DNA of 64,000 nt, taken from contig MCFE01000189.1 in assembly GCA_002104905.1 (NCBI GenBank), positions 1-64,000 on the forward strand, written 5' to 3'. Below, piece after piece: positions 26,401-40,226 of this stretch. The notes beneath the pieces were generated by a model. It was not told the DNA's origin and did not search any database. It was given only the letters and a program-made list of their open reading frames with translations. Position 1 is the first letter of the stretch. Every line of letters begins with the position of its first letter. Origin of the DNA: Basidiobolus meristosporus CBS 931.73. Taxonomy: Eukaryota > Fungi > Basidiobolomycota. The position numbers and the translations under genes are program-made.

Positions 26401-27972
26401 CATTATGCCACTCCTTCCCGGCTTTGAGAACAGCATCGATGCCAGCAATGCCACCACAATCCGCCTTGTTATGCACTGGCAATTCATGTCGATTTGTAAA
26501 GGCAAAAACTCGGTATTCGAGTGCCTAACTGCCGCAGGAATAGTGCCTGAGGATTATATAACATTCTTTGGATTGCGAAACTACGATATCATCAAAAACC
26601 CTAATTATACTGGCCCTAATCCTCAGTCCTCCGTTGATGATGAATTCACCATTGACGAGCCGGATGAGAACGACCCAGATGCTGAGATAGACCAGATATT
26701 TGTGGAAGGTACTCCTGCCGATATCCATGGCAATCTTCCGGACACAACTCAAAGCACATGTTCAGATGGAGTGTCAATGGGATCCGGAAATTCTGAGGCT
26801 ATCACGTTTGATGAGAAGGCGGTGATGAAAATAAGCTCCGCAAGTGAATCAGACAAGAGGAGAGAGTCCTCCATTGCCCCCGATGGGCTCAAGATCGACA
26901 CAGCCCAGGGTCGTTTAAACTTTGAGCCAACAAAGCAACGCATTGGCGCTTCCAATAATAACAGTCGTCAATTGTTGATTCCAGAGTCATCCTCCCATAT
27001 CTCAGTCAATAGCAAGAGCTCTGCCCCCTCGAAAGCTACGAAATCCGAAAACGTACCAATTTCGCTTACTCCGGCCGGCTCTAATGTGGTTACCAGACAT
27101 GAGAAGATCCCAAGCGAGGGGAGATTTATTACAGAACTGACATACATCCACAGTAAGTTGATTATTATCGATGATCGGATAGTACTCTGTGGCTCAGGTA
27201 AAGTGAATCTTCAATTTTGGTTTGATTGCTTCTTTACTCACTCGGTTCGCAGCCAATATCAACGACCGCTCAATGCTTGGAAACCGTGATTCCGAGGTTG
27301 CACTTATAATAGAAGATGAAGAAGGTGTTCCCTCTCGAATGAATGGCAAGGAGGTATATTCATTCGTTATTGCACATCGGTTGCATCGCGTTACTGATCT
27401 TCAAAGCTGTTTTTCAATAGTATTTGGCATCCAAGTTTGCTTACACGCTTCGTTGCCATCTGTTCAAAGAACATCTTGGACTCCTACCTGACATGGATAT
27501 GGCAGAGCTTACGAAGCCATCGTTTGACTCCGCAAATGAATCTGTCCCAGAAGGCAAAAAAACCGAGATCAACGCGGACGAGATCGTCATGGATCCATTA
27601 AGCGATAACTTCAGCAAGTTCTGGCTAAAAACAGCGCAAGAAAACACTGAACTATTCCGGGACGTGTTCCGCTGTGTCCCTGATGATACTGGTAAATATC
27701 TTATTGTCACCGCAAGCCCACAGACGTCATACTTATGTCCCCTTCTTCTAGTGACCACGTGGGATGAGTATAAAGCGTTCGTTCCAGACCCACATATCAC
27801 CAAGTATGGGCACCAAGCGTTGACAAACCTGCCCAAAGATGCGGTCCGCGGCTTGTTGTCACATGTGAAAGGGCATTTAGTACAATTCCCCACACAATTT
27901 TTGAAGGAAGAGAATCTAAACGCCGCAGTATTCTCACGAGAATTTTTGGTTCCCGTTGATGTCTTCATTTAG
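23440..27972 (+). CDS. SPO14: Phospholipase D1 (PX-PH-HKD-HKD), multi-exon
   Basis: PX ([14 protein letters not shown]), [33 protein letters not shown]1 WA|HHE|KMCIVD, RLPWHDV, YIENQFF, HKD2 [20 protein letters not shown]. Confidence 0.93.
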
Positions 27973-28687
27973 ACTTACCGGGAAAGGTCCATCCCAAATA
28001 GCCTTCATCATGCAATCGCTTGTATATTTGTCCATTAATTATAATTATTTTGTAGCTCGTTGATATTCTCGAATTGGTATTAGGCAATGTACAGTTGCAA
28101 TCTCCTTTGCAACGCGAGTTGCCTCCTCTACCTGAATAGAAATCCATAACATTCACCCCTCGACACTGCAAATTCACCCTAGAAATATCCCACCTTGTCA
28201 TCACATGTATCGTCTAACCTAAATACCAGTATTATCAAAGTAAAGTTTTGTTGGACTTCTCACTAAAAATTCCAACAGATCGATACTGCCTATTGGCTCG
28301 ATACATCAATTTGATTGCCAGGCCAAGACACTTGCATCATAAGCTATGGTAAAGCGACCTTGAATTTTGAGGGCGTCGCTGCCGTCCACCACCTCATTCG
28401 AAGGATGTGAAGCGTCATTAGATACTGTTCTACAAATGTGACATGTCACTTTACTTGATATATGGCACACTACAATATTGTATATTCACCGGTAGATGCG
28501 TAATGTGTTGCGTACACTGTTGAGTTAAGAGAATCACGCTCCATATGTATCTTGAAACATGCGCTTTAAACGCAATATATTCTAGATATTTAACTATGGT
28601 TATTAATCTGAGCAAGTTGGTCGAAAGATTCCAAAGGTACGGATGTGTGTACAAGAAACCGGATCTAGCTAGAGAGAAAGGATGCTC

Positions 28688-29171
28688 TTATTCATTGAAA
28701 GTAAATTTGAAAGCAAAAGTAAGCCCTAGAGCGACAAACACGATAATGGTAAGCACACGTAAAGCATTATCGTCGTCTACAAAATAGAAAGAGTTTTAGA
28801 AGGCAATAGACACGAAGTAACTGAGGAGGCCTACCATATGTCCCAGTTTCTTTCCTAGAGATTTTACCAGCACGCCACCTGAACAAGTAGAGGCCATACA
28901 ACATAATTCCCAGCGAGATGATGGATAGGAAGACAGCGGAAACTGTACTCACGGAATCTCCAAAATTCAGGAGGCCGATGGCTACGGCGCCAAGAATTAC
29001 GGACAAATTCATCCAACGGAGAAAGGTACGCTCATTAGCGAAATATGACTTGGGTTGAACTTTGTTAGGCCCTTCGAAAGCGTTGGGCTCTCTCTGGTGG
29101 TTTATGGGCTCACGATAGACTTCAAGGATATCATTCATGTTTGGCGCGACACTTTTCTTGTTTGAAGCCAT
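28688..29171 (-). CDS. VTC1: Vacuolar transporter chaperone subunit VTC1 (DUF202), two exons (29171-28835, 28776-28688)
   Basis: [22 protein letters not shown]...GLLNFGD...LFRWRAGKI; splicing gives GTYDDDNALRVLTIIVFVALG...NE*. Confidence 0.88.
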
Positions 29172-31727
29172 AGTTGACGCTGCTGCTTGCTACACTTACA
29201 ACAATGAAATTTAGCCTAGAGAGATTACGAGTATCTGACAATCAAAAGAAATACTAAACCATTACCCCAATATAGATTTAAACAATCAAACTTCATCTGT
29301 GTAATCTCTGGCTCATGTGCATGCTATCCTGGCTTGAATACGCCAACAAGGCCCACTACACTCAATAAGGAAATGGGATTTAGAATAGAATCCAATGTTT
29401 TCTGCCAATTTCAGTCGACCAGACTATTCCATGGTAACAACAAAGACCATTCATATCTGATCTCACTGATTACCTCTTGCTGGGGATGGATGGATTCCAT
29501 TTAAGAACGGCTTCCAAGGAAGTCCCTGATTTGTGAATGAGCGGTAATTACCATCCATCTTATTTAGCAGGCATCCCCAGCGGGCCAAGAATTCCTCACG
29601 AGACGACAGCTGAATGTGCCTTCTCTTTTCCACACAACGGCCAACTGGAGACAACAACCATATTTAGTTACCAGCTCGACCCATCGATTAAGAAAACCTT
29701 ATCGCTTACCCAATGGCCTATGTAACCATGTGGGTGATCAAATATGGCGGACTGGGCGGAGGTGGATCACCTTTTGCTCGAAAACGGTCACGTCTTAATA
29801 TATTCGGGTGTTTGAAATCTCCGCGTTTTTGTCTGCCTCATGGTTGTAAGGGTTCGACTAGCATCTAAAATTAATGCAGCCAATCTCCAACAGTACTTGA
29901 AGCACGAGCTTTGAAGGCCATATCGGATTCGTAGACTGCAGTTTACTCATTTCTCCAGTACCACAACATGATAGGTGTCAACCCTGGCCGGCAAATATTT
30001 TGCTACTCTTTACTTCAGACCCGCGGAGCTACTGCCAGTAGCTTGTTTATTGCCACAGTGTGCTACAACAATGATCGTAGGAATCTTGGTAATATATCGC
30101 CCTTCTGAACACGCCCATAATCCCGCCTTACTTAAAGGTAGACGTGTGGAGGCTAGTCAAAATGTTGGGTCAGCATGCCCCACTGGTTGGGAAAACTCTA
30201 CCTATCATTCGCATTTGCACCTGAATCTTGCAGGATAAGAACAGTGTTGAAATCGATAGAAATATACAGTCTCCCAGTTGGCAATATAAAACCTTGCCAC
30301 TAATATAGGTCGACGAGCATACGAAGGCACGGTTTTGGCCAGCTTCGATGATTTACCAAATCGGCTTACAAATGCTCTTTGGCGTTTTAAATTCATAAAA
30401 GTTTTGTCTGCGTAGTGGCCAAGCGGCAAGGCAGCAAAAGAGTATTCCAGTATATTCTTACCATAGGGGTTTAGGCCGCACTGTTATCCTCCCACAAGAG
30501 ACATTGTGGATGAGTGATGGAAACAGGTTCTTGATTCTCCTTTTGGATTAGTGGGCGCTTTACCACAGAATGTATTGTCTGGTAGATTTCGTAGAGTACC
30601 AATAGTTTGATATGAATTATACATTGTGATTGTTTGAATTGATCATCAGCAATACCGCTGTAATGTTAATCAACATAAACATGGCACATACGCTATTCAA
30701 CTCCTAAATTCCTGTGCCTCATTCCATCATCAATACGATCATTGCCTGTCTCAGGGACAAGGACTCTGAGTGGCTATGCTGTTGATGGGTGGAGCACATA
30801 TCAAGTGGCATGACTAGTGATATGCCCTGTCAACTTCTTATGTCACTGTAACGGGCATTGATTCCGTTGAGGAAGACAGAGTAGTTGTGGGGGTGCGTAA
30901 ATTGGGTGAAAGTAATATATCCCTCTTACCATGCATAATCGTAAAAACCTGTAAAAGCTTGATAGTGCAGGGGCAATATCGCCTTAATAAAATAGCGATA
31001 GCGTGTATCATAGGTCACCAGTGCCTTGAATTAAGAGCAATGATGAAATCTATCTTGTAACTATGCTCGCCAAGAATAATGTGGCCCCTTCACTTCATAA
31101 TGATGAAAATATACGGTGCATCAGTGTTGGATATTGGGGTGGTGCCTCCAAGCCAAGCATAATCGAACATAATCTCCCGATCATTCGTATTGAATAATCA
31201 GCTTGTGTGCACATGTAGCGCACTACGCAGGCGGAGTACACCAACCCACCTCTTGTCCATTTCCACCCCAAAATTTTGTGGAATGGCCATGTTCGCCAAC
31301 GGCGGGTATTTACCTAATCCGCCTGGGATCTTCGCAGCGGTAATTACCATCTACGACGTAATCACAAAAATTGTAGAACAACAATATCGAAGTCATGTAC
31401 ATTTAGGCGCCGATGATTGATTAATACAGTCAGTATATCATTTATCAAATGATCCAATAACCTAATAATCATGGAAGACTTTCGTGTTACCGAGTCCTAA
31501 AATCCTGATAGGATATACTTTATTTATTAGCAAGAATACCAAATTCGGTTGATACAGGAGAGATATAAATGATTAGTTCGTCATCATGATCCTACATCCC
31601 TTGAGTCCTCTGATTTATCAGCAGATATCAAGTAGCTCCTCTATCTTCCTAAAGCTACATTATTGCCTTGACTTCCTTTCTAAAGGCCTGTTTGAGCTTA
31701 TCGACTAGTTTCACAATATAGAGCACT

Positions 31728-33851
31728 ATGAAGTTTGGCACTCAGCTGAAAGAGATTTGCTACCCAGAATGGCGTTTCTATTACCTAGACTATGATGGCC
31801 TCAAGCGTATGTTGAAGGAACGTGTCAGTGACAGTTTCACCGAAAAGGACGAAGCCAAATTTGTCGAATATTTAGAAAAAGAACTCGAAAAAGTGTACAC
31901 CTTCCAGACCGTAAAACTTGGCGAAATGACCAGAAGAGTAGAGTTCAGCGAGCAGACAGTAAATAAGCTCTCTAAGGACTCAAAGGCCTCTGAAGATGAC
32001 TATGCCGAGGTTGAGGAGGACATTAATCGTGTTATTGCCGAAGTCAATGAATTGGCTAAGTTCACCAGACTCAACTACTCGGGCTTTATCAAGATCATCA
32101 AGAAGCACGATAAACATACCACGTATGTTTTAAAGCCTATGTTCATGGTGCGCCTAAACGCGCGACCCTTTTACAAGGAAAACTTTGACAATCTACTCCT
32201 GAAGCTCTCCAAGCTCTACGACATTGTCCGTAATTGTGGTCAAACTGGAAGCAGCAAAAGCGCTGCACCCGCTGGCGGATCTCAAAATTTCATTCGCCAG
32301 ACCACAAAGTACTGGGTCCATCCTGATAATGTTATGGAGGTTAAGCTTCTTATCCTGAAGTATCTACCAGTATTGGTCTACAATGCCAAGGAGGGTGGTG
32401 ATTTCAATCCTGCCGTCAGCTCCGTCTATTTTGACAACGAATCTTTTGATCTCTATACTGGCCGTTTGGAAAAATCTGAAGGTGCTGAAGCCATTCGCCT
32501 TCGTTGGTACGGCAAATCCACCAACAACGAGATATTTATCGAGAGAAAGACCCATCGTGAAGACTGGACCGGCGAAAAAAGTGTCAAGGAAAGATTCCCC
32601 CTTAAGGAGAAGTACGTCAACGACTACCTTCGTAGCGATTACACTATGGACAACACTATCCAGAAGTTGCGCGAAAGAGGTGCCAAGTCCGAGAAAGAGC
32701 TTCAAGAGCTCGAGCAACTTGCCAACGAGATTCAGTATACTGTTGTGACGAAGAAGCTTAAGCCTACCGTGAGAACATTCTATAATCGAACTGCATTCCA
32801 GCTTCCTGGTGACGCTCGAGTTCGCATCTCACTGGATACTGAGCTATCATTAATCCGTGAGGATAATCTTGATGGCGTCGAAAGATCCGGCAACAACTGG
32901 CGTCGTACCGACATCGATACTGATTATCCTTTCCCTCAATTGGCTGATTCGGATATCTGTCGTTTCCCGTACGCTGTTCTTGAAGTTAAACTTCAAACTC
33001 AGCATGGCACAGAGCCTCCTGAGTGGGTTACCAACTTGGTCGAGAGTCATCTGGTCGAGTCTGTTCCCAAGTTCTCCAAGTATATCCACGGTGTTTCTAC
33101 TTTGTTGGAATCACGCGTATCTCTTCTTCCGTTCTGGTTACCCCAAATGGATAAGGACATTCGTAAGTCACCTAGCAGAGAGCTTCTATCTATCAAGGAT
33201 TCGGGCAGCAGCCACAGCAACGAAGATAGAACTTCTTCATATGGATCCAGCCGTCGTCATCGCTCTTCACGCCAACAAGAGCCTGAAATTCAAGTCATCG
33301 TCGACGAGTCTTATCAAAGAAACAGCTCCTCTAAGCAAAAGGCAAGAGAGCCTATTGACACCGACTACGATGAAAATGCCCCTCTTCTTGGCGAGTCTCG
33401 TGGTCGCAGCAGAAAGACCAACGGTTCTGGATTTTTCAGTGGCCTCTTCAACAGATCCCGCACACCATCTCCTGATGCACCAAAAGCTCGTAAGCCAGCC
33501 AAACGTATTGCTATTCCCGTTCGTGTTGAGCCCAAGGTTTTCTTCGCCAACGAGCGTACCTTCCTCTCCTGGTTACACTTCACCATCGTCCTTGGTGGTC
33601 TTGCCCTCGGCTTGTTAAACTTTGGTGACACAGTTGGTCAGATTTCTGGAGTTCTTTTTACTCTGATTTCTATGGGAGTAATGATTTACTCTCTGGTATT
33701 ATACCAGTGGAGAGCTGAGCAAATTCGTCAAAGAAGAGCTGGACCATATGATGATCGCTTCGGCCCTGTTGTCCTTGTGGTAGTTCTGTTCTTTGCTGTC
33801 TGCGTAAATTTCTATTTGAAGTTCACAAGCAACTCTTCCAACAAGCATTGA
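31728..33851 (+). CDS. VTC4: Polyphosphate polymerase VTC4 (SPX-VTC-DUF202), intronless, 707 aa
   Basis: MKFG..L...[12 protein letters not shown] (SPX), [76 protein letters not shown]. Confidence 0.96.
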   Translation: MKFGTQLKEICYPEWRFYYLDYDGLKRMLKERVSDSFTEKDEAKFVEYLEKELEKVYTFQTVKLGEMTRRVEFSEQTVNKLSKDSKASEDDYAEVEEDINRVIAEVNELAKFTRLNYSGFIKIIKKHDKHTTYVLKPMFMVRLNARPFYKENFDNLLLKLSKLYDIVRNCGQTGSSKSAAPAGGSQNFIRQTTKYWVHPDNVMEVKLLILKYLPVLVYNAKEGGDFNPAVSSVYFDNESFDLYTGRLEKSEGAEAIRLRWYGKSTNNEIFIERKTHREDWTGEKSVKERFPLKEKYVNDYLRSDYTMDNTIQKLRERGAKSEKELQELEQLANEIQYTVVTKKLKPTVRTFYNRTAFQLPGDARVRISLDTELSLIREDNLDGVERSGNNWRRTDIDTDYPFPQLADSDICRFPYAVLEVKLQTQHGTEPPEWVTNLVESHLVESVPKFSKYIHGVSTLLESRVSLLPFWLPQMDKDIRKSPSRELLSIKDSGSSHSNEDRTSSYGSSRRHRSSRQQEPEIQVIVDESYQRNSSSKQKAREPIDTDYDENAPLLGESRGRSRKTNGSGFFSGLFNRSRTPSPDAPKARKPAKRIAIPVRVEPKVFFANERTFLSWLHFTIVLGGLALGLLNFGDTVGQISGVLFTLISMGVMIYSLVLYQWRAEQIRQRRAGPYDDRFGPVVLVVVLFFAVCVNFYLKFTSNSSNKH

Positions 33852-34463
33852 GCTGGATATCCCAACGGAATACTCCCTACTTGTTCATCAATCAGCTCCT
33901 GATTATACATTTAGAACTGCTTCATTTATATGTATAGTTGCCACATGTTGGACCGAAATTCAGGATTTCTACATCCTTGCCTTACCCTATGTTCATTAAT
34001 ATCATCTCGACTTCACTACATTCGTTATTCATGCTAAGCTGCATGGCCAAAAAAAATACATCTTATTAAATTGGTATAACCATTCCGATCATGTCAGAAT
34101 AACTGTTCAATGCACATTTTGAAATTTAAAATCAATAGCCACCTTAATTGCAACCCAAGAGGGGCATTGATGCTCGCTTCATGACTTGAATAAACTTTGC
34201 AATCATCTCCATCGCACATGAAAGCGGCTAGCATTGCCACATGTGCCCACGCATCAACTCACATAGAGTTGTAAATGATCCTATAATCCCTCATCAAAGC
34301 AAGGGAGTGTAACAACATCGTTACCTGCGGGAAAGTACACCGCAGTGATGACAGAGATACTTGCTGGCACGAGGAGTGAGACGAGAATCAGACATTTATT
34401 ACGGACTAAAGTGTGAGAAGCCTGACTGTGTTTGCTATATTGAATTCTAGATGGTCGGAATAT

Positions 34464-35070
34464 CTAGTGAGTACGAATAAACTCCTCGGTCCATTGGCGA
34501 ACTCTTTCTACGTTATCCTCCATTTCATCGATGGTGTTGCTGTTTAATTCAACCACGATTTCCTGGCGGTAGCCCTCGCGAGCTTCGTCCAAAACGACTT
34601 GCATAATTTCGCACTCGATGTTCTCGGTGATTTTGGTCTCGTTGTATCCACGTTTGACTAGACGGTCGTATAGAACGCTGTTATCGGTTCTTAGGACGAC
34701 GACGAGATCGAACCAACGCTCGGGGAAAACATCGCAACTATGGAAGTCGATAATGCAGCCGCCTTGACCCATACGATCCTCGAGTTCATCACATAACTAA
34801 TGCAACATCAGTAAAGAATTGCCTGAGTGTAAATCCTGGGGTAGCACTTACTTTATCATCATTTAGAATGTACGAGTCGTAGGTCTCATCGCGACCGTCA
34901 TGAAGGTTCTTCTCTTTAACCAACTGTCCAACACAAATGTGCTCCAAACCGGTAGCTAAAGCTGCTAATTCGGAGGTTGTGGTCTTACCGGTTCCTGGGG
35001 TACCGGTGATAAGAATGTTGGGTCGGGTCCGTGGAGGATGTTGTGGGATTTGTTCGTCGTCGGAAGACAT
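34464..35070 (-). CDS. FAP7: Adenylate kinase 6 / Fap7 ribosome-biogenesis NTPase, two exons
   Basis: PNILITGTPGTGKTT (Walker A), IIDFHSCDVFPERWFDLVVVLRT, NIECEIMQ. Confidence 0.92.
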
Positions 35071-35381
35071 TCTAGCTGTTGGCCAAACGAGCGGGTTCGG
35101 CACTTTTACTCTGAATAAAAAAATTGATTTTTTTTCATACATTCGAGGATTGTCAATTTGATGGAATGATCACCCTAACCCTGAATTCCAGAAGGGGTTG
35201 CGGGTTACGGCCAAGTGCTGACAGTATGGATAACTTGATGTGTAAACAATTCAATCATGCTTGGCGCTAATCAGGTATATTTCCTACTGGCATACTTCCG
35301 TAATCAGTTTCAGCCGTCCCAAGGATTATTCAGTCAAATACTTGTCTCCACTTCAACATACTTGTAAATTCCACTTTGTAT

Positions 35382-37445
35382 ATGACCAATTCCACGGGAA
35401 CATCTCTAAGAAGAGCACAGCCGCTGGGGTTTAGTTTCGGCACTTCTTCGGCGGTTCCTGCGACTGCACCCTCCCTTCCCGGTATTTCCGGCACCAACGT
35501 AGCCTCCTCGCCTGGCCCTGCTACACGTCCAAAGCTTCCCAAATACCTAGAAGATACTGCCTACGCTGAAATGCTGGAGGCTGCATATGGCGAGGGAACT
35601 ACTGAAGTGAGCAGGTTTGAATTTCCTCAGCTCCCTACTGCTTGGAGTTCCAAAGACAAATGCTCTCTGCTGGAGCTGTCAACTGATGGTCTCAGAGTGG
35701 ACTATAACGGTACAAAACATCCCCAGACGTGAATGCCGCTAGCTATTCCGATTACGCTTATCTAACACTGCCTTTGTACTAGGAGCCGGTAAGTCCGATT
35801 CTGACGCAGCAGCAGTTAGAGCCAACTACCCTATACCTCCGCAGTGTGGCCTTTTTTACTTCGAGGTCGAAGTTATCAGTAAAGGGAGAGATGGGTGCGT
35901 GCTTAGTAGTTCACTCATATCGATGTCTATGCGGCTAAAGAACCTTCCTGCAGATACATCGGTATCGGTTTCTCGGCCCACGGGGTTTCATTGAATCGCC
36001 TTCCAGGCTGGGATCCTAATTCTTGGGGATACCATGGGGATGATGGTAATTCCTTTTGTTGCTCCGGTAATGGTAAGCAGTATGGGCCTGTGTACACGAC
36101 TGGGGATATTATTGGCTGTTGTGTGAATTTCCGCGATGGATCTGCGTTCTATACAAAGAACGGCGTCTTTCTGGGTAAGCAATTGTCCTGCGCTAGTCCA
36201 ACGGTTGCTCAGAGAACTAAAGTGTTGGGGAAAGGCATCGCGTTCCGAGAGTTGAAGGGCCCTCTTTATCCATCTGTTGGGTTCAGAACACCTGGCGAAC
36301 AAATCGAGGTGAATTTCGGCCAAAGGCGATTCAAATTCGATATAGAACACTACATGAGGGTTAGTTCCGATGCCGTACTTGTTTGAATATGCTTTCATTT
36401 TGCAATGCTATTGTCTTAGGAGGAAAAGGCCAAACTCAAGAGCTATATCAATGACACACCAATCCCTCAATCTTCCCACCTCACCCCTAATCACGTGAAC
36501 ATCTCTTCCGAAAACAATCTACCCAGCATACTCAACGAGCTTATTCTCTCATACATGGTTCACCACGGATACGGTGAGACAGCCAGAACATTTGCTAGAG
36601 ATGTCTTGGGGAACCACAAGAGCCTTGATTCTGCTATAAACGGTAGCCTGTACAGTAGCGAGACTGATGTGACCAGCCGACAGAGTAAATATGGGTTTTC
36701 AGGACTGTTTGGAGAACGGAGAATTAACCTCGTTGTTAACAGAGATCCGAGGCTATATATTGAGTGGTGACATTGCCGCTGCAATCCAGCTATGCAACGA
36801 GCGCTACCCTGATGTCTTAAGGGACAACGAATCCATACATTTCCGACTCCGCTGTCGTACATTTGTTGAGATGATGAGAAAGGCGTTCCCCAAGAACGTC
36901 GATGGCGGGGATCATCCTATGGATGTGGGCGAAGTTTCTGATCAGAAGCGACGACTAGATTCAGAAGCCGATCTGAGTGGACTGTTGGAGGCAATGAAGT
37001 ATGGCCAACAGCTTCAAGCTGACTATAGAGAAGACGACCGCGAGGAGGTGAAGGGTGCATTGGTGGTAATTGACCTCATGAACAACCTGTTGGTATGCCA
37101 CTCAATTTGGGTTTGCTTGACCCTTAGGAAACATTCTCTCTATTGGCCTATCCCGATCCCTACGATAGTGTTGTGGCACATCTTCTAGATCCAGCATGCC
37201 GAGAGCCAGTTGCCAATGCATTGAATAGTGCTATTCTTGGTCAGTGAGGATTGAGGGTTGCGTTGATTCACTCTTCTACGCGTATACTAACTCTTGCTTA
37301 CGACCTATCAGTGTCTCAGAATCGTCCACCTATTCCCCCTCTTGAACAAACATTTCGACAGACCTGCGCAGTTGTCAAAGATCTCACAAAACAAGGAGTA
37401 GGAAACAGTGCCTTTGTAAATGTTCATAAAGATTGTCTGTTGTGA
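35382..37445 (+). CDS. RanBP9/10-like CTLH/GID complex subunit (SPRY-LisH-CTLH-CRA), multi-exon
   Basis: [66 protein letters not shown] (LisH), [29 protein letters not shown]. Confidence 0.9.
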
Positions 37446-37973
37446 TTTTCACCCAACCACATATACTCGGATAATGGTTCCTTAACTTATTCCCTCAGTC
37501 AGGGGAATTTCCAGCCTACACAAACGGTAGTCGATATGTCATGATTGCATTCAGAACAACCCGCATTCGATGTAGCTCTGGTTCAGCAGAGAGCCGATTG
37601 TATACTACGGTTAATCGACGATTCCAATCCCAAATAGCCTGTTTAAATTTTTATGTGCACATGTGTAATCTCTGGAGTCCCCACCATCCTCATCTTAGCA
37701 AGTATGCTTGGTATTGTTTTGTTTATGCGATCTTTAGCACTTTTGGTACTTCCTCAATTGTCGGAAAAGTTATTTATACTTCTAGCAGATCATTTATTCG
37801 TGTATTAAATCCTTGTTTGAAAGTGCCCATCCAGACTGCAGTGGCGCCGAAGAACGCTGTGCGCACAACCCAGTGGGCTAAGGGAAGTCCTCAGACGTGT
37901 TCGACTCTAAGCCTGTCGTTAAGTCATGGTACGACTTCAAACCAAGCTGAAGACTGCTTAAAGATTGGCAGCT

Positions 37974-39521
37974 TTAGTAAGGCCAACTGTGGTATACCAG
38001 ATACACCAAGCATAGCAACGACAGACGGTATGGATCAAGCATTGGGACTACGCCTTGAGAGGGTATAAGTGATGTGAAATTATTACAATATGGAGCGGCT
38101 GCATAATCTACATTGGAAGGGCCCGGGTCTGGGCAGCTAAATTGAAAATAGATCGGGCAATTCCGGACCACTTCCCAACAGAGATCAAGGCATGGGAGGT
38201 ATTCAGAGAAGGCGTTAGTGTTGTGGAGTGTGAATGGTCCCACCGGATCCAATGGATTGCTGTCACGGAGTTTTATCCCTGGGTTGTCAACATTGGCGAG
38301 TGCACCAACTGCGCACCTAGGGATGGAAGTTGCACATATCCAGTTCTTATATGCCTTTCGACAATCGTCGCAGGTTCGGACTGGTGAATAGATGGTGGTG
38401 CAGTCAAACCGTTTCAATGCATCTTCGAATTGTTGATATCGGTCGTTGGCCAGTTGGTCGTACATATTAGCGAGCGCGGTAAGGTTGGTGATGCTGCTCG
38501 GTGAAGGTACTGCATAGTTGATCATGTTACAGAATGTGGCTGGCTGGATTGTCTTGCAATTGCTCTCTGTTCGTTGGGTTAGTAAGCCTGAGATACAGGA
38601 ATGTTCTTTACAGAATACATACTTATGTGTGTCGTGCCGAAAAGCATTCCTCTGGCTACGCGTCTATGGTTTGTACGGCCTGGAGACTCTTCGGTGTAGA
38701 AGACCTGGTATGTGGAATTGATTTTCAAGTTGTCCACCCGGAACCGGATTGTATCTCGAGTGGAATCATCATTCAGGTAGAAGGATTGTAGGGATTTTTT
38801 TGCCAGCATACAGGATGGCATCCAAGTGGGATGCTTACCACCAGGAAGTACGTGCACCTCCAATCTACCTTTTCTGCCGGAATTCAACGGGATCGAGAAA
38901 GCGGCCGCGCTATCGTCAGCTTCATGAAACAACACTGTTGGAGCTTCAACTTCGGTGAATCCTAGGTGCAGTTGCCATCAGTTTGATGTTGCAAAAGCTG
39001 GAGAGGAGGCGGTGCTGAAATATACCTTCTGTTGAAAGAGTGAGCTCATATTCCCATACGCCAATTGCTTCGCTTGTGCTTTGAATACTCGGTGCCCGTA
39101 TAATGACATGAAATGACTCCAAGGGGGAAATGTCTTGGACTATTATGCGTCGAACTTGTGGGCCAGTTTCCCTTCTGAATTTTAACTCCAGTGTTTCGTT
39201 CAACTTGCTACCGAAGTCCAGGGAAGCGGTGTCGGGAAAAATAAATAGGTCCAAGATGTCTAGTTCTTTACTGTTTTCAGGCGAAGAACAAATAGCCAGA
39301 GTTAAGTAGAGGTTGGACGTCTTTGGCGTTAGACTCTCTCCAAGTAAAGGCATTAGGGTGCTTGGTGAACTGAAGTGGTAGTTCGATGTCTCACCATAGC
39401 GAATACTACTTGCAACCGTTCTACTACCTGAAAGAGGGATTGTGACTTGCCCAGAACAAGTCAACCAGTGTAGGACAATGACGAAAACGAATAACTTCTG
39501 TGTTGCAACCTTATCGCGCAT
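37974..39521 (-). CDS. MID1: Stretch-activated Ca2+ channel regulatory subunit MID1, spliced
   Basis: N-terminal signal peptide; Cys-rich C-terminus CTTIYSPVRTCDDCRKAYKNWICATSIPRC and YLPCLDLCWEVVRNCP..FQFSCP. Confidence 0.85.
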
Positions 39522-40226
39522 TAACTGGTATCTCAAAACTACATAGTGTATGTTCCCATATTATATGGAGTATTCAGAGTTGGGGGGAACGTATATTGCA
39601 CTCGTAAATCCAACATGCACCGCATCACCTTCATAAAGATGTTACTGGCATCCAGACTTGGTTAATATACCATATATGTTAATTCAGATATGCAATGCTC
39701 TCAAGCTACAATTGGAGGACCGTCAAAGCAGTCTGCAACTCAGTGAGGCGGCATGAGACACGTTCCTGGGTATTCCATTATGCCAAGGATGCATAGGCAA
39801 ACATTGTATATCAATCGAAGACATTATATTTCATAAGAAATAGGACATCCAATTGTTGCTTAGATAGAATAACCATGTCACAGGTAATCACAGTCGATTG
39901 GTAATGTAATATTGCCAACGGTTTAGAAAGCTTAATGCCATCAGTGTAGCTTTCATCAGCCAAGACTTTCGGGTTTATAGAAAGAACACCCACCACGGGT
40001 TCAGCCAATCGGTGGTCATTACTCGAAAGAATAACATTTATTATGAATTTGAATCCTATTATCGCGGTGCAGTGCTTAAAGCTTGAATTGATTTCCATAT
40101 TCGTACATCAAGTCATAATCTTTAATTTATTCTCGGCTTTTCCCTTGTCAATCCGTCTATCCTAGCTCGTACAACCTACTTATTCTTTAACCATTCACAA
40201 AAAGCGTAACTCTCTATTACTCCGCA

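Noticed and set aside
29845-29865. GGTTCGA B-box-like sequence suggesting a tRNA
   Set aside because: No T-stem pairing or acceptor stem; no cloverleaf can be built.
32364-33631. Long alternative-frame and antisense ORFs overlapping VTC4 (similar ones over PLD, the flippase and TPS)
   Set aside because: Typical shadow ORFs produced by codon bias in long coding exons.
39811-40098. 95-aa minus-strand ORF between MID1 and the UBL gene
   Set aside because: Lies in a short divergent promoter region containing CCAAT-type boxes and has no recognisable motif.
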